Source: Octopus bimaculoides
Lineage: Eukaryota
NCBI RefSeq assembly: GCF_001194135.2
Contig: NC_068982.1
Coordinates: 6,812,934 to 6,876,933 of the forward strand
Direction: 5' to 3'
DNA: 64,000 nucleotides
Shown here: positions 23,700 through 35,690 of the stretch, piece after piece
Numbering within the stretch: the first letter of the stretch is position 1
Layout: each line of letters starts with the position of its first letter
Program-made: the position numbers and the translations under genes
Notes under the pieces: model-generated
What the model saw: the letters and a program-made list of their open reading frames with translations, nothing else
Told to the model about the DNA's origin: nothing
The model's database searches: none

Positions 23700-24600
23700 G
23701 AGATAAGTCTCACATTTCTACTTTGCTTTGTTTTTCTTTGTTTTCTTTTAATCTGTTCCTAAGTATAATGGATGTGAAATATAATCAATACAAGGAAAAC
23801 AAATTACTGAAATTTGATCTACTTGAAATCAAGAATAACCTTTAGCAATATATTCAGTTATTAAATATTTTTCAAATATAAGTAACTGGCTAATGGAGAA
23901 GAAAAAGAAAATGAAAAACACGCAAGTGATTCTATTTGAATTATCTAAACTGATTTGAAGTACAGGATTTTATGTAGGATTACTTTGTTTACCAATAGGA
24001 AAGTGAGGCTGGAAATTATTACCCTGGGAAATAGATTGTGTTATATAAGAAATCTTATTAACATTTAAGAAGAGTCTTTTAGAATTTTAATATAAATTTG
24101 TCAGCATTAAATATATTACCTGATGGCAAAAATCACACAATATAAAGCTTACTTTAATTGAATAAATAATGTATGTGTTAATGTTAAGACAAGATTCTCT
24201 CCTGTTTTGTCTTAGCAAATCAGCAATGGATCAGATTATAAGCATGCCACCTACATTTTTGAAAAACAGAAATGCGATGTCAATGGCCGTCAGTTCTCAC
24301 TGATACCATATAAATATCAAATTACTTTGTCATTACATCTAATTTTCTATAATTTTACTTTTTATAATGACATGGGAAATTTTCCACGGGTAATTTTGGT
24401 TTGCGGAACATGTAGTTAACGAAATGTAGGGACCCCCCCCCCCCCCCCACCTCCCCAAGATTTAATCAATAACTCTTACAACTGCACTGACAGAATATAA
24501 TTAACATTAACAATAGTTCTTGTCGAGGAAATACAAGGTTGAAAAATTCCAAAATTCAAATTGATTAAAAATTGAACAGTGCCATGCAAAAAAGTATGCT
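23700..24600 (+). repeat. Ancient ~0.9-kb block, paralog 1 of 3
   Basis: Shares AAACAAATTACTGAAATTTGATCTACTTGAAATCAAGAATAACCTTTAGCAA and further colinear segments with 28680 and 37860. Confidence 0.8.
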
Positions 24601-24611
24601 TCACATATCTA

Positions 24612-25272
24612 TCTTTTACCTTTTATTTTTTAACTTTTTCTTGTTTCAGTCATTAGATTGCGGCCATGCTGGGGCAGCGCTTTTAAGAATTTTAGTCAAA
24701 TGAATCAACCACGGCACTTGTTCTTTTAAAATCCGATACTTATTCTTGCCAAGTTATGGGGATGTAAACACACCAACACAGGTTGTCAAGTGGTGGTGGA
24801 AGACACACACAGACACACACACACACACACACACACAGATACAAAGTCACACACACACACACACACACGGAGTCACACACTATCACAGATACACACACAG
24901 TCATACACACACACATGCATACACACACACATACACATACACAGACACAAAGTCACACACACACACATTACCATAGATACACACACAATCACACATACAC
25001 ACACACAACGTCACACACACGCACGCACACACACACACACACACAGTCACACACTGCCATAGACACACACACACAGACACATACACACACACACACAGAG
25101 TCACAAACACACACACATGCAGTTCATCATTCAATTTCCATCCACCAAATCCAAAGCTGAGGCTTTGGTCAACCTGAGGCTAAAAAGAAGACACTTGCCC
25201 AAGGTGTCATACAGTGGGACTGAACTCAGAACATGTGGTTGTGAAGCAAGCTACTTGTTACACTGCCACACC
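24612..25272 (-). mobile_element. SINE family 1 with greatly expanded complex (CA)n centre
   Basis: Body 24640-24800, microsatellite 24805-25115, head 25130-25272. Confidence 0.8.
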
Positions 25273-25714
25273 TGTACCTATTTAATAATTAAACTGATTT
25301 TTGGTTTATCTCAATGTAAGGATTTATAAGAAAGAATATAAGTTCAGAATTAAATCGAGTACTGATCAGGTAATTCAAAAACGATAATAATGGAATATTT
25401 TCATGGATTATTTATCTAAATAAAATATATAACTGAGTCGGTGGTGACATGTTTAATTTAGGGATCATGAAACATTTTTTATTAATTAGAACTGTAGCTT
25501 TAATGAAAAGAAATTCATTAGTTTTAGGCAGGTCTATTAATTCTATAATTGTTGTATTTAGTTATCAGTACAACTTCGTTATATGGGTCAGCAGGTTGTG
25601 CGAAACTACAATGGGTTAAATAGACAACAAAACCTGTCAAAGTGAGAAAGCAAAGTCAATGACCTGATCTACACAGACATGCAGGAAGTAAATAGACACT
25701 TTTAAGTTTCAAAA

Positions 25715-26030
25715 TCTTTTATTTGATATTAATTGGTTGAAGGAGAGGTTTTCTTTTAGCTGCTCGTCCGCAATACCCAAGCTTATGCAGATATATAAGA
25801 CACATTCTTGGACTGGCTTCTAGCTGTTTTGCAATGTCAGAAGCCTTCAAACGGGGTTCGTTTTCCACAATTCTCTTCAAACAACGAAGCTTACTTTCCA
25901 GGGGCCCAGGTTGGCCGGGACAAGGATCTGTTGATTCTTTTCCTTGGCTTTTGAATTGCACTATAATTCTATTAACAGTAGCAAGAGGAATTTGTGATGT
26001 TGAACTATTCTAGATGTTATAGGGTTTACT
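25715..26030 (-). pseudogene. Tc1-family transposase N-terminal fragment
   Basis: IPLATVNRIIVQFKSQG...PGQP...LKRIVENEPRLKASDIAKQL...YLHKLGYCGRAAKRKPLL matches the Tc1/Tc3 paired-like HTH region. Confidence 0.8.
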
Positions 26031-26092
26031 GAAATAAGACCCCAAAATTGTGATAATATATAAGACCTAATAAGCATACATTCATCATCATT

Positions 26093-26286
26093 TCTATATT
26101 TAAGAGATGAAGAATTATGTACATTATTTACATTATTTACATTTGACAGATATTTTCATCATCTTGTTTGTTATTAACACAATGTTTCAGCTGATATACC
26201 CTCACCCTCCATCACAGGCATATGGCGTAGTGGTTAAGAGTGCAGGCTACTAACCCCAAGATTCTAAGTTCGATTCAAGGCAGTGA

Positions 26287-26341
<55 letters not shown>

Positions 26342-26519
26342 CAGAAGAAGAAGAAGAAGAAGAAGAAGAACAACAACAACAACATCGAAAAATACCTTAG
26401 GAATGAGAACTCAGGTTCGAAATTTCCCCAAGACACCTGATGAAGGCTGGAGGGTATATCAGCTGAAACGTGTTAACAACAAACAAGATGAGGACAAATA
26501 TCCATCAAATGTAAATGAT
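26093..26519. mobile_element. Family A fold-back element, copy 4
   Basis: Left arm deleted mid-hammerhead; forward head A box TGGCGTAGTGG (26223-26233), B box GTTCGATTC (26268-26276); TSD ATTCATCA(T/C)CATT at 26080-26092 / 26520-26532. Confidence 0.9.
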
Positions 26520-26789
26520 ATTCATCACCATTATCGTTTAATATCCGTCTTCCATATATGCATGGGTTGGATGGTTGACAGGAGCCAGCCAGGTAGGAAC
26601 ACTACCCTCGGCTACTGTGTCTGTTTTGGGAGGGGTTTTACGGTTGGATGCCCTTTCTAACAGCATCCACCATACAGAATGTATGGTGCCTTTTACATGG
26701 CACTAACACTGGTGAAGTAAGTTTTGGTTTAATATTGAGAAAGCAATCATAGAAAGGGGATAAGTTTCAGGATTTATGAAATATTTGAT

Positions 26790-27450
26790 GCACTATAAGA
26801 CTGGCTGCTAACCCATGCGTCTTAATAGATACAAATATATGATATAATTAGTGATTACAATGATGAGAAAAACCCCTTCAAAATCTTAAGAGAAAATGTA
26901 GCTGGTAAACATAACTATATAAGCAATGATAATGACACCTTAATAAGGACAATCAAAATTAAGCTGAAAGACAAAATGTAAGATTAAATTATATTTTAAA
27001 AGCTTCAAGGATGCAAACATAACAGCAACATTAAAAATGGAGAAAGGTAAAAAAAAAAACTGTCTTCATTTTTGTTATTCTTATATGTTCAACAATTAAC
27101 AAAAGCCTAATGATCTAATTTAAAGCTTTTCATTAAAATTTTATGTTTGTTCCAAACACGAGTTTAATAATGACAAAATTATTTTACTAAAATCTTCATT
27201 ATATTTCTAATTAATTGAAGCAATGGTGGTGCATTTCAACTGGAATGTGGTAAGGAAAGGGTTAAATAATTAATAATAACAGCAGACAGAATTCTTGATA
27301 AAATGAAAATACGATTCTTGGATAAATAAAGATGCTTCAATCAGAGTTGTGTTGAAAGATGCTTGAAAGAGAACTGATTCGAAATAGAAACAGCAGAAAG
27401 GAATGAGAGAATATAAAAATGAAAAGAAAAACCAAGCTATGCTGTAACCA
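26790..27450 (+). pseudogene. Very old RTE-clade AP-endonuclease relic (with an inverted piggyBac MITE remnant ~27060-27264)
   Basis: IRLAANPC...SDYNDEK...IKIKL aligns by eye to the RTE motif IRL.A.PFNITIIQVYAPTSDYDDE. Confidence 0.5.
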
Positions 27451-27494
27451 ACACCAAACCTAATATATAATTCAAGTCATCTTGTTAGCTTTTA

Positions 27495-27875
27495 TCTTTT
27501 GTTGCTTCCTGTTTCAGTCATCAGACTGTGGCCATGCTGGGGCACCAACTTCAAGAATTTTTAGTTGAGCGAATCAATCCCGATAATTTTTTTTTTTATT
27601 TCAATCCTGGTACTTATTCTATAGGTCTATGTTGCCAAACTGGTAAGTGTGAGGGATGTTAACACACTAACACTGGTTGTCAAGTGGAAGTAGAGGACAA
27701 ACACACACACAAATACATGATGGACTTCTTTCCATTTCCGTCTACCAAATCTGCTCACAAGGCTTTGGTCAGCCCAAGAATATAATATAAGACACTTGCC
27801 CAAGGTGCCATGCTGTGGGATTGAACCCAAAACGGTGTAATTGGGAGGCAAGCTTCTTACCACACATCTGTGCCT
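27495..27875 (-). mobile_element. SINE family 1
   Basis: Diverged full-length copy. Confidence 0.75.
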
Positions 27876-28679
27876 ATTATGGAAAAATTAAATTAAATAT
27901 GTAATACAAAGTTTGTATTTGTATATATATACGGTGATGGTAGTGGTGGTGGTGGTGGTGGTGGTGGTGATGGTGATGGTGATGGTGGTGATGATGGTGG
28001 TGGTGGTGGTGGTGGTAATGATGATGATGGTGGTGGTGNNNNNNNNNNNNNNNNNNNNNNNNNNNNNNNNNNNNNNNNNNNNNNNNNNNNNNNNNNNNNN
28101 NNNNNNNNNNNNNNNNNNNNNNNNNNNNNNNNNNNNNNNNNNNNNNNNNNNNNNNNNNNNNNNNNNNNNNNNNNNNNNNNNNNNNNNNNNNNNNNNNNNN
28201 NNNNNNNNNNNNNNNNNNNNNNNNNNNNNNNNNNNNNNNNNNNNNNNNNNNNNNNNNNNNNNNNNNNNNNNNNNNNNNNNNNNNNNNNNNNNNNNNNNNN
28301 NNNNNNNNNNNNNNNNNNNNNNNNNNNNNNNNNNNNNNNNNNNNNNNNNNNNNNNNNNNNNNNNNNNNNNNNNNNNNNNNNNNNNNNNNNNNNNNNNNNN
28401 NNNNNNNNNNNNNNNNNNNNNNNNNNNNNNNNNNNNNNNNNNNNNNNNNNNNNNNNNNNNNNNNNNNNNNNNNNNNNNNNNNNNNNNNNNNNNNNNNNNN
28501 NNNNNNNNNNNNNNNNNNNNNTGAACCCAAAACGGTGTAATTGGGAGGCAAGCTTCTTACCACACATCTGTGCCTATTATGGAAAAATTAAATTAAATAT
28601 GTAATACAAAGTTTGTATTTGTATATATATACGGTGATGGTAGTGGTGGTGGTGGTGGTGGTGGTGGTGATGGTAATTA

Positions 28680-29034
28680 CGATTCTCACATGCCTGTTTA
28701 TGATTAATGTTTGCTTTGATTTATTCCCTTCCTTTTCTGTTGACAATCATAAAACAAATTGCTGAAGTTTGATCCACTTGAAATCATGAATAACCTTTAG
28801 CAACATTTTCAGTTATTAAATATTTTTTCGAATAAAAGTAACTGTCAAATATGAGGAAAAAACAACAAACAAAAAAAAACAGGAGGAACGAAACAAAAAC
28901 AATAAACAAAACAAAACAAAAAAAAACTATATTTTAAGTATCCAAGAAGACTCGAAGTACAGGATCTTGTTTAGAAATGCTTTACTTACCAATAAAAAAC
29001 TGATGCTGGAAATTACAATACGGGTTTGTATATG

Positions 29035-29067
<33 letters not shown>

Positions 29068-29630
29068 ATATTTTGTTAATATTTAAGAGCATTCTTTATT
29101 CTTGTTTAATTTGCTCGCAGTAAATTCATTACTAACGGCAAAAACTTTCTTTAATTGAACAAAGCTTAGTTTAATTAAATAATGTATGTGTCAATGTTAA
29201 GACAATCTTCCCTCCTTTTTTTTATCTCTTAACAAATCAGAAACAGGTCAGATTTAAAACATTCTGCCCACATTCTGTGAAACAGAAATTGATGTAGATG
29301 GCCATTGATTCTTATTGGTACGTTATAAATATCGAATTCTAATTTCGTTAAAACTTTTTTGTCGTCGTTTCATTTCTATAATGACATGCCAAATTATTGC
29401 CATGGATAATTTCTGCCTGAAGAGCATGTAGTTAGGTGGAGCCTAATAAAATTAAGTGACCTCCCCAACCTCCACATAGACACACCTTCAGAAAAATTAA
29501 TCAATAACCCTTACAACTGCAATGGAGTGAAAAATGATTAGCGTTTAAGATACTTCTTGTCAAAGAAATATAAGGCAGAAAAATTCCAAAATCCAAATTG
29601 TTGAAAAATTGAATGGCACCAGCAGGAAGG
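28680..29630 (+). repeat. Ancient ~0.9-kb block, paralog 2 of 3
   Basis: Colinear similarity to 23700-24600. Confidence 0.8.
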
Positions 29631-29639
29631 TATTTTGTT

Positions 29640-29852
29640 ATTTTTATTCTTTTATTTGTTTCAGTCATTTGACTGCAGCCATGCTGGAGCACTGCCTTTA
29701 GTCAAACAAATATCAGCCCCAGGGTTTATTCTTTGTAAGCCTAGTACTTATTCTATCAGTCATTTTTGCTGAACTGCTAAGTTATGAGGATGTGAACACA
29801 CCAACATTGGTTGTCAATTATCTAAAGTGTGTATACATTTTTTTTGGACACC

Positions 29853-29893
<41 letters not shown>

Positions 29894-29894
29894 C

Positions 29895-29926
<32 letters not shown>

Positions 29927-30535
29927 GTATGTGTGTGTGTATTTATGTGTGCGTCTTTGTGTCTGTGTTTGCTATCCACCCCATTGCTTGACAACTGATG
30001 TTGATGTGTTTACGTCCCCATAACTTAGCAGTTCAGCAGAAATGACTGATAGAATAAGCAACAGGCTTACAGAGAATAAGTCCAGGGGTCGATTTCTTCA
30101 ACTAAAAGGCAGTGCTCCAGCATGGTCCCAGTTAAATGACTGAAACAAATAAAAGAATAAAAAAAGATAAATGAGGAGGAAGAGTGGCTGTGTGGTAAGT
30201 AGCTTGCTTACCAATCACATGGTTCCGAGTTCAGTCCCACTGTGTGGCGCCTTGGGCAAGTGTCTTCTACTATAACCTCGGGCTGACCAAAGCCTTGTGA
30301 GTGGATTTGGTAGACGGAAACTGAAAGAAGCCCGTCATATTGTCCCCCCAACATCACTTGACAACCGATACAGGTGTGTTTACGTCCCCGTAACTTAGAG
30401 GTTCGGCAAAAGAGACCGATAGAATAAGTACTAGGCTTACATAGACTAAGTCCTGGGGTCGATTTGTTCAACTAAGGCGGTGCTCCAGCATGGCCACAAG
30501 TCAAATGACTGAAACAAGTAAAAAAAAAAAAGAGA
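29640..30535. mobile_element. Cluster of SINE family 1: reverse 3' half, forward 3' half, forward full copy (30175-30535)
   Basis: Family motifs in both orientations; last copy lacks the internal microsatellite. Confidence 0.8.
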
Positions 30536-30719
30536 GTATGACAGATTTAAAAGAGGATAAGACATTCTGTTCATATGACAGGGGTTACAGAAGCAAAATA
30601 AAAATGTGTGATGTGTACATGGTAGAGGCGAGACATTAAATATAGTTTTGTATAAAAGAAGAGAAGATCAATGAAGGTTGTAAGCTTCAGGGTATATGAA
30701 ATATTTAATGTTGATCATA

Positions 30720-31060
30720 ACTTGTACACTGATTTCCAGCAGAAATTACAAGGGTAATCTTGGCAGATAAACAATGCAATGTTTTGATAATCCAAATATT
30801 TGATCTAATTAGCAATTACAATGATAAAGAACTGGAAATATTCTTTCAAAATCTAAAGAAAATACAGTTAGTGAAAATAGGCAGCGTTCAGGAGATTATA
30901 ATTATGGGGATCAAAATTAAGCTCAAATTTTTCAGGAAAAAAAAAAAAATACAGGGCATAAAATAAGATTTGGGAAAATTAAAAATCTAAAATGGAAGAG
31001 TAAAATTTAAGGCACATAAAAGAGGAAAATGCACATCTTTATTTGTATTAGTTGCATGTG
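30720..31060 (+). pseudogene. Old RTE-clade AP-endonuclease relic (continues ~32177-32340)
   Basis: NVLIIQIFDLISNYNDKELEIFFQNL...EIIIMG resembles RTE NITIIQVYAPTSDYDDEEIEEFY..L...IIMGD. Confidence 0.6.
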
Positions 31061-31080
31061 TTAAACATTTACCAAGATAA

Positions 31081-31834
31081 TACAGTTCTATATCTAAGAG
31101 ATGAGGAATTATGTACATTATTTACATTATTTACATTTGACGGATATTTGTCCTCATCTTTGTTGTTAACACAATGTTTCGGCTGATATACCCTCCAGCC
31201 TTCATCAGGTGTCTTGGGGAAATTTCAAATCTGGCTTCTCGTTCCTAAGGTATTTTTCGATGTCATTATTATTATTATTGAGTGAGAGAGAAATGCATGC
31301 CATCAAAGTGACACTGGAGTAAAATATATGAAGCCCATTATACCCATCAGGACTACCCGTCTGATAAGGGTACACCAGGCACATGTATCACAACCATATG
31401 TGCCTGACATGGTGATCTCATATCAAGATAAACTGTGAATGACCTTGCAGGTGGGGCCCAGTTAGAATTTTCTTCAGGTCAAGTAGCCCATACCACTCAA
31501 AGGTCCCTGAATAAGGTTTGTTTAAGGATGTTGAGCAAAACACCCGTGTTTCCAATGGTGAATTATCCAAACCCCAAAGAATTCCTCTCAACACATGGCT
31601 ATGATGCTTACCCACTGCTTCTGCTCAAGATCAGAGATGCACATATCGTCAGCTACCAGGGGACATGCTCAACTGGTTAAGGTCAAACAATTGATATTCA
31701 AATCTGTGGTATTAAGCAGAATATTTACTGTAGCCCATCTTTTTATACCAAGACAAAACAATGTACATGATAATACTTCCAATCAATTAAGATCAGAAGC
31801 TATGAGAGCCACTGCTTGGTACTGCACACATGCA

Positions 31835-31898
<64 letters not shown>

Positions 31899-32164
31899 TC
31901 AGTGCCTGGCATATGGCATAGTGGTTAAGAGCGTGGGCTACTAACCCCAAGATTCCAAGTTCGATTCCACGCAGTGACATGAATAATAATAATAATACAA
32001 ATAATAATAATAATAACAACAACATCGAAAAATACCTTAGGAATGAGAACCCAGGTTTGAAATTTTCCCCTGGACACCTGAAGAAGGCTGGAGAGTACAT
32101 CAGATGAAATGTGCTAAAAACAAACAGGATGAGGACAAATATCCGTCAAATGTAAATGTAAATA
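31081..32164. mobile_element. Family A fold-back element, copy 5, with nested insertion
   Basis: Complete left end; TSD ATTTACCAAGAT at 31067-31078 / 32165-32176. Confidence 0.88.
31272..31835 (-). mobile_element. Unclassified ~560-bp non-coding element inserted in the (ATT)n linker
   Basis: Higher-complexity insert bounded by (ATT)n on both sides; no ORF recognised. Confidence 0.55.
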
Positions 32165-32539
32165 ATTTACCAAGATCCTTTAAATAATAGCAGTAGACAA
32201 AATTCTTGATGAAAGGAAACCAAAGCTGTTTGATTGAAGTGTGTTGAAAAATAAGAATTGTAATAGAATCAATATGAAGAAGAAAGAGAAGAAAGAAAAT
32301 TATAAAATATAGAAATGACAAAAATAAAACTTTGTTGTACTAAATCTGAAGAATGATTCAAGGTAAGACATTGAGCTGAATTATACTTCAGATCTTGTTA
32401 AGATAATTGTTAGATAATTGTGCAGACATATATGTATGTATGTATGTATGGATGGATGTATGTATGTATGTATGCATGCATCTATGTATGTATGTATATA
32501 TGGATGTATGTATGTATGCATGCATCTATGTATGTATGT

Positions 32540-32785
32540 ATGTTTGAATGTGGTGTGTGCCAGAGGGCTTGCAAATCCAATGGGGGTCTTAAAAGACATG
32601 TTAGGATCCACAATGAGCAGAACTTACTTGCAGGTATTGGTAGTGCAAATCAGAGGTGCAATCTGTGTGGGTGTTTTTTCAAAACACTGTCTGGTTTAAA
32701 AAGCCACATCAGACGCCATGAAAGGGCTAAGGTGTAGGTGCAGGAGGTGGTCAAAGTCTGTGTAAGGAGTAGACAACCACCATGT
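32540..32785 (+). pseudogene. Two tandem C2H2 zinc fingers, stop, short UTR, (ATGT)n tail; probable 5'-truncated LINE (RTE-like) end
   Basis: FECGVCQRACKSNGGLKRHVRIH and RCNLCGCFFKTLSGLKSHIRRH, TAG at 32735-32737, ~45-nt UTR, then tetranucleotide tail. Confidence 0.7.
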
Positions 32786-33342
32786 ATGTATGTATGTATA
32801 TGTGTGTGTGTATGTATTTATGTGTGTATGTATGTATGTATGCTTGTGTGTATTTATGTGTATGTGTGTGTGTATGTACGTATGTATGTATGTGTGTATA
32901 TGTATGTATGTATTTGCGTGTGTGTATTTATGCATGTATGTATGTATGTTTGTGTGTATGTATGTGTGTATGTGTGCATGTATGTATGTGTGTATATATA
33001 TGTATGTGTGTATGTATATGATTGTATTTCTTTGAAGTTTATTTAAGCTCTTCTGAAGAGCGCTTAAGCCAGTCACTAACAAAACGACGACACACTTTCA
33101 TTTAAGAGAATTCCTGGTGTTTGTAAATATGTGGCTGAGTTGGTTTGTTGGTTGAGCTGCACTGCATACACCCAAGTGTGTGCAGCTATTCATCTAAAGA
33201 ATCTCAGATGGAAAAATCTTTGGAATGTTTTACAAATCTTCACTGTGCCACGAATACATAGGATTTGGAGAATTTGTGTCAGTTGTTTTGCTCTCTCTTT
33301 GAAATGTGTAATTTTATAGCTACATAGACTAATGAACTAATG

Positions 33343-33508
33343 CACTCTCAGAGTGGTTGGCATTAGGAAGGGCATCCAGCTGTAGAAACGGTGCCAAATC
33401 AGATTGGAGCCTGGTGTAGCCATCTGGTTCAGCAGTCCTCAGTCAAATCGTCCAACCCATGCTAACATGGAAGGCGGACATTAAGCGATGATGATGATGA
33501 TGATGATG
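33343..33508 (+). mobile_element. RTE-type 3' tail
   Basis: Family motif ending in (GAT)n. Confidence 0.8.
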
Positions 33509-33591
33509 TAAGGCACAAAAGAGAATTTATAGTCAGGGAAGCTCTAAGTTTCACATTAATTCACAATAAATGTTAACTTGTTCCTGGATAA

Positions 33592-33970
33592 TACAGTTCT
33601 ATATTCAAGAGATGAGGAATAATGTACGTAATTTATATTATTTATATTTGATGGATATTTGTCCTCACCTTGTTTGTTGTTAACACAATGTTCTGGCTGG
33701 TGTACTCTGCAGCCTTCATCAGGTGTCTTGGGAAAATTTCAAACCTGGGTTCTCATTCCTAAGGTATTTTTAGATGTCATTATTATTATTATTTTATGTT
33801 TGACTTTTGCTTTGCATTTGTACAAGTTGGATCCAAGTCTCACCCAGAGACCTCAAGAGACAACAAGTGAGAAGTTCATGTAGGTGTTATGCCTAGGGTA
33901 CCATATATTTGGATTTGTACATAATGTTGTTCTAGAGAATATTTAAGAAACCATGAGAAAATTATGTTTG

Positions 33971-34041
<71 letters not shown>

Positions 34042-34237
34042 TCACTGCCTGGAATCAAACTCGGCATCTTGGGGTTAGTAGTCTGTGCTCTTAAGCCCAT
34101 GGGCATATGGCATAGTGGTTAAGAGCGAGGGCTGCTAACCCCAAAATTCCGAGTTCAATTCCAGGCAGTGACCTGAATAATAATGATAATGATAATTATC
34201 CGTCAAAATTTCCGTCAAATGTAAATAATGTAAATAA
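33592..34237. mobile_element. Family A fold-back element, copy 6, with Dong-type insert
   Basis: Both heads partly retained around GCCCATGGGC; right hammerhead deleted; imperfect TSD TTGT(TC/CT)CTGGAT at 33578-33589 / 34238-34249. Confidence 0.85.
33792..33972 (-). mobile_element. 5'-truncated R4/Dong-type 3' UTR inserted in (AAT)n
   Basis: Closely matches 63706-63880, which lies downstream of an R4-type ORF end. Confidence 0.75.
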
Positions 34238-34325
34238 TTGTCTCTGGATTTTTAATTGTACATTCACATCCACATTTTTAATAGTACGTTCCACATCGCA
34301 GCAGATGTATGTCTGTATGTCTGTA

Positions 34326-34576
34326 CTGGGTTGGTGCATAATTATTGCAGCTTTTATTCAACAAAACTTATTCAACAATAACAATAACAATATTTAACGA
34401 AAGCATCTTTAAATGATTATTCCAACCGTCTGCTAAGCAAATGGGAAGCAGTAATTGAAGTAGATGGTGAATATGCTTCAGAATAATCATTTAAAGATGT
34501 TTTTGTTAAATATTGTTATTGTTTTTGTTGAATAAAATTTGTTGAAAAATGCCGCAATAATTATGCACCAACCCAA
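34326..34576 (+). mobile_element. Mariner-derived MITE with ~95-bp TIRs
   Basis: TA|CTGGGTTGGTGCATAATTATTGC...GCAATAATTATGCACCAACCCAA|TA; spacer encodes NRLLSKWEAVIEVDGEYASE*, a mariner C-terminus. Confidence 0.85.
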
Positions 34577-35096
34577 TATATATGTATGTATTTATGTATA
34601 CATGTATGTATACATGTATGTATGAATGTGTGTGTGCATGTATGCATGTACGTATATGTATATGTATCTAAGTATGTATGTGCTTATGTGTGCCGTGTGA
34701 GTGTACATATATGTTGTGTGTGTGTATGTGCGTGTGCATGTGTGACATATTGCAAATTGTAATAGATTCTCCTTCTGGTGAAGTGAAGATGACGATGCTG
34801 GTAGAGTGTTCTTCATAAGAGGTGGTGATGAGCGTCTAAAGGAACTTATAGCAAAGAATTAATTTTTGTGAGCTTAAACTGAACAAAAACTGTGGATGAT
34901 TTCATGCATGTACCTTACTGGAAGTAATTATCATGTTAAATATTATCTTCATAAATTTCAGATTTCAAAATGTCCCTGATAAGTGATAAACTGAGCGGGG
35001 AAAAAAATTAAAATATAATTTATTATCAATACAATCTTTATATTATTCCCGAAGATATTTGACTGAGATTTAATTACTGAAAAATAAGTGTTTTAT

Positions 35097-35132
<36 letters not shown>

Positions 35133-35459
35133 GCATACACACACACAGTCACACAAAATTGCATGTATGTATCTATATATATGGTTGCATGCATACATAC
35201 ATACATATATGTATGAGTGTCTGTGTCTGTGGGGGAGGTTGTGTTTGTGTGTGTGTGTGTTTGTACATATGTGAATGTATGTACCCATGTATACATGTGT
35301 GTGTGTATGTATCAGTGTTATCATCATCACTAAATGGTCTGTGGATGTATGTATGTCATTATTCAGTTTATTTCAAGATTTCTTACCAATAGAGAAAGAA
35401 CTGGTTTCTAACCTAGACCCAAGGTTCATTCATTGGAATTTCAACATCAATAACAGGGT

Positions 35460-35510
35460 ATGTATGTATGTATATATGTATGTATGTATGTGTGTATGTA
35501 TGTATGTATG

Positions 35511-35571
<61 letters not shown>

Positions 35572-35690
35572 TTGTATGTATATATGTATGTATGTATGTG
35601 TGTATGTATGTATGTATGTATGTATGTATGTGCAGATTTGTATGTTTGTATGTATGTGCAGATTTGTATGTTTTATGTATGTATTTTCAT
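35460..35690 (+). repeat. (TATG)n microsatellite; similar tracts at 32430-32545, 32782-33020, 34580-34745, 36195-36295
   Basis: Direct inspection. Confidence 0.95.

Noticed and set aside
23768-23845. Shared short frame NKLLKFDLLEIKNNL* in all three paralog blocks
   Set aside because: In-frame stops lie just upstream in paralogs 2 and 3 with no conserved acceptor; explained by nucleotide similarity.
26218-26290. tRNA-Ser(ACT) gene, and similar heads in other family A and SINE copies
   Set aside because: Acceptor and T stems do not pair properly, and the sequence is always embedded in a repeat. Treated as a SINE-type head.
27822-28673. ~150-bp direct duplication either side of the 28039-28520 gap
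   Set aside because: Identical sequence at both contig ends next to a (GGT)n tract; most likely unmerged contig overlap.
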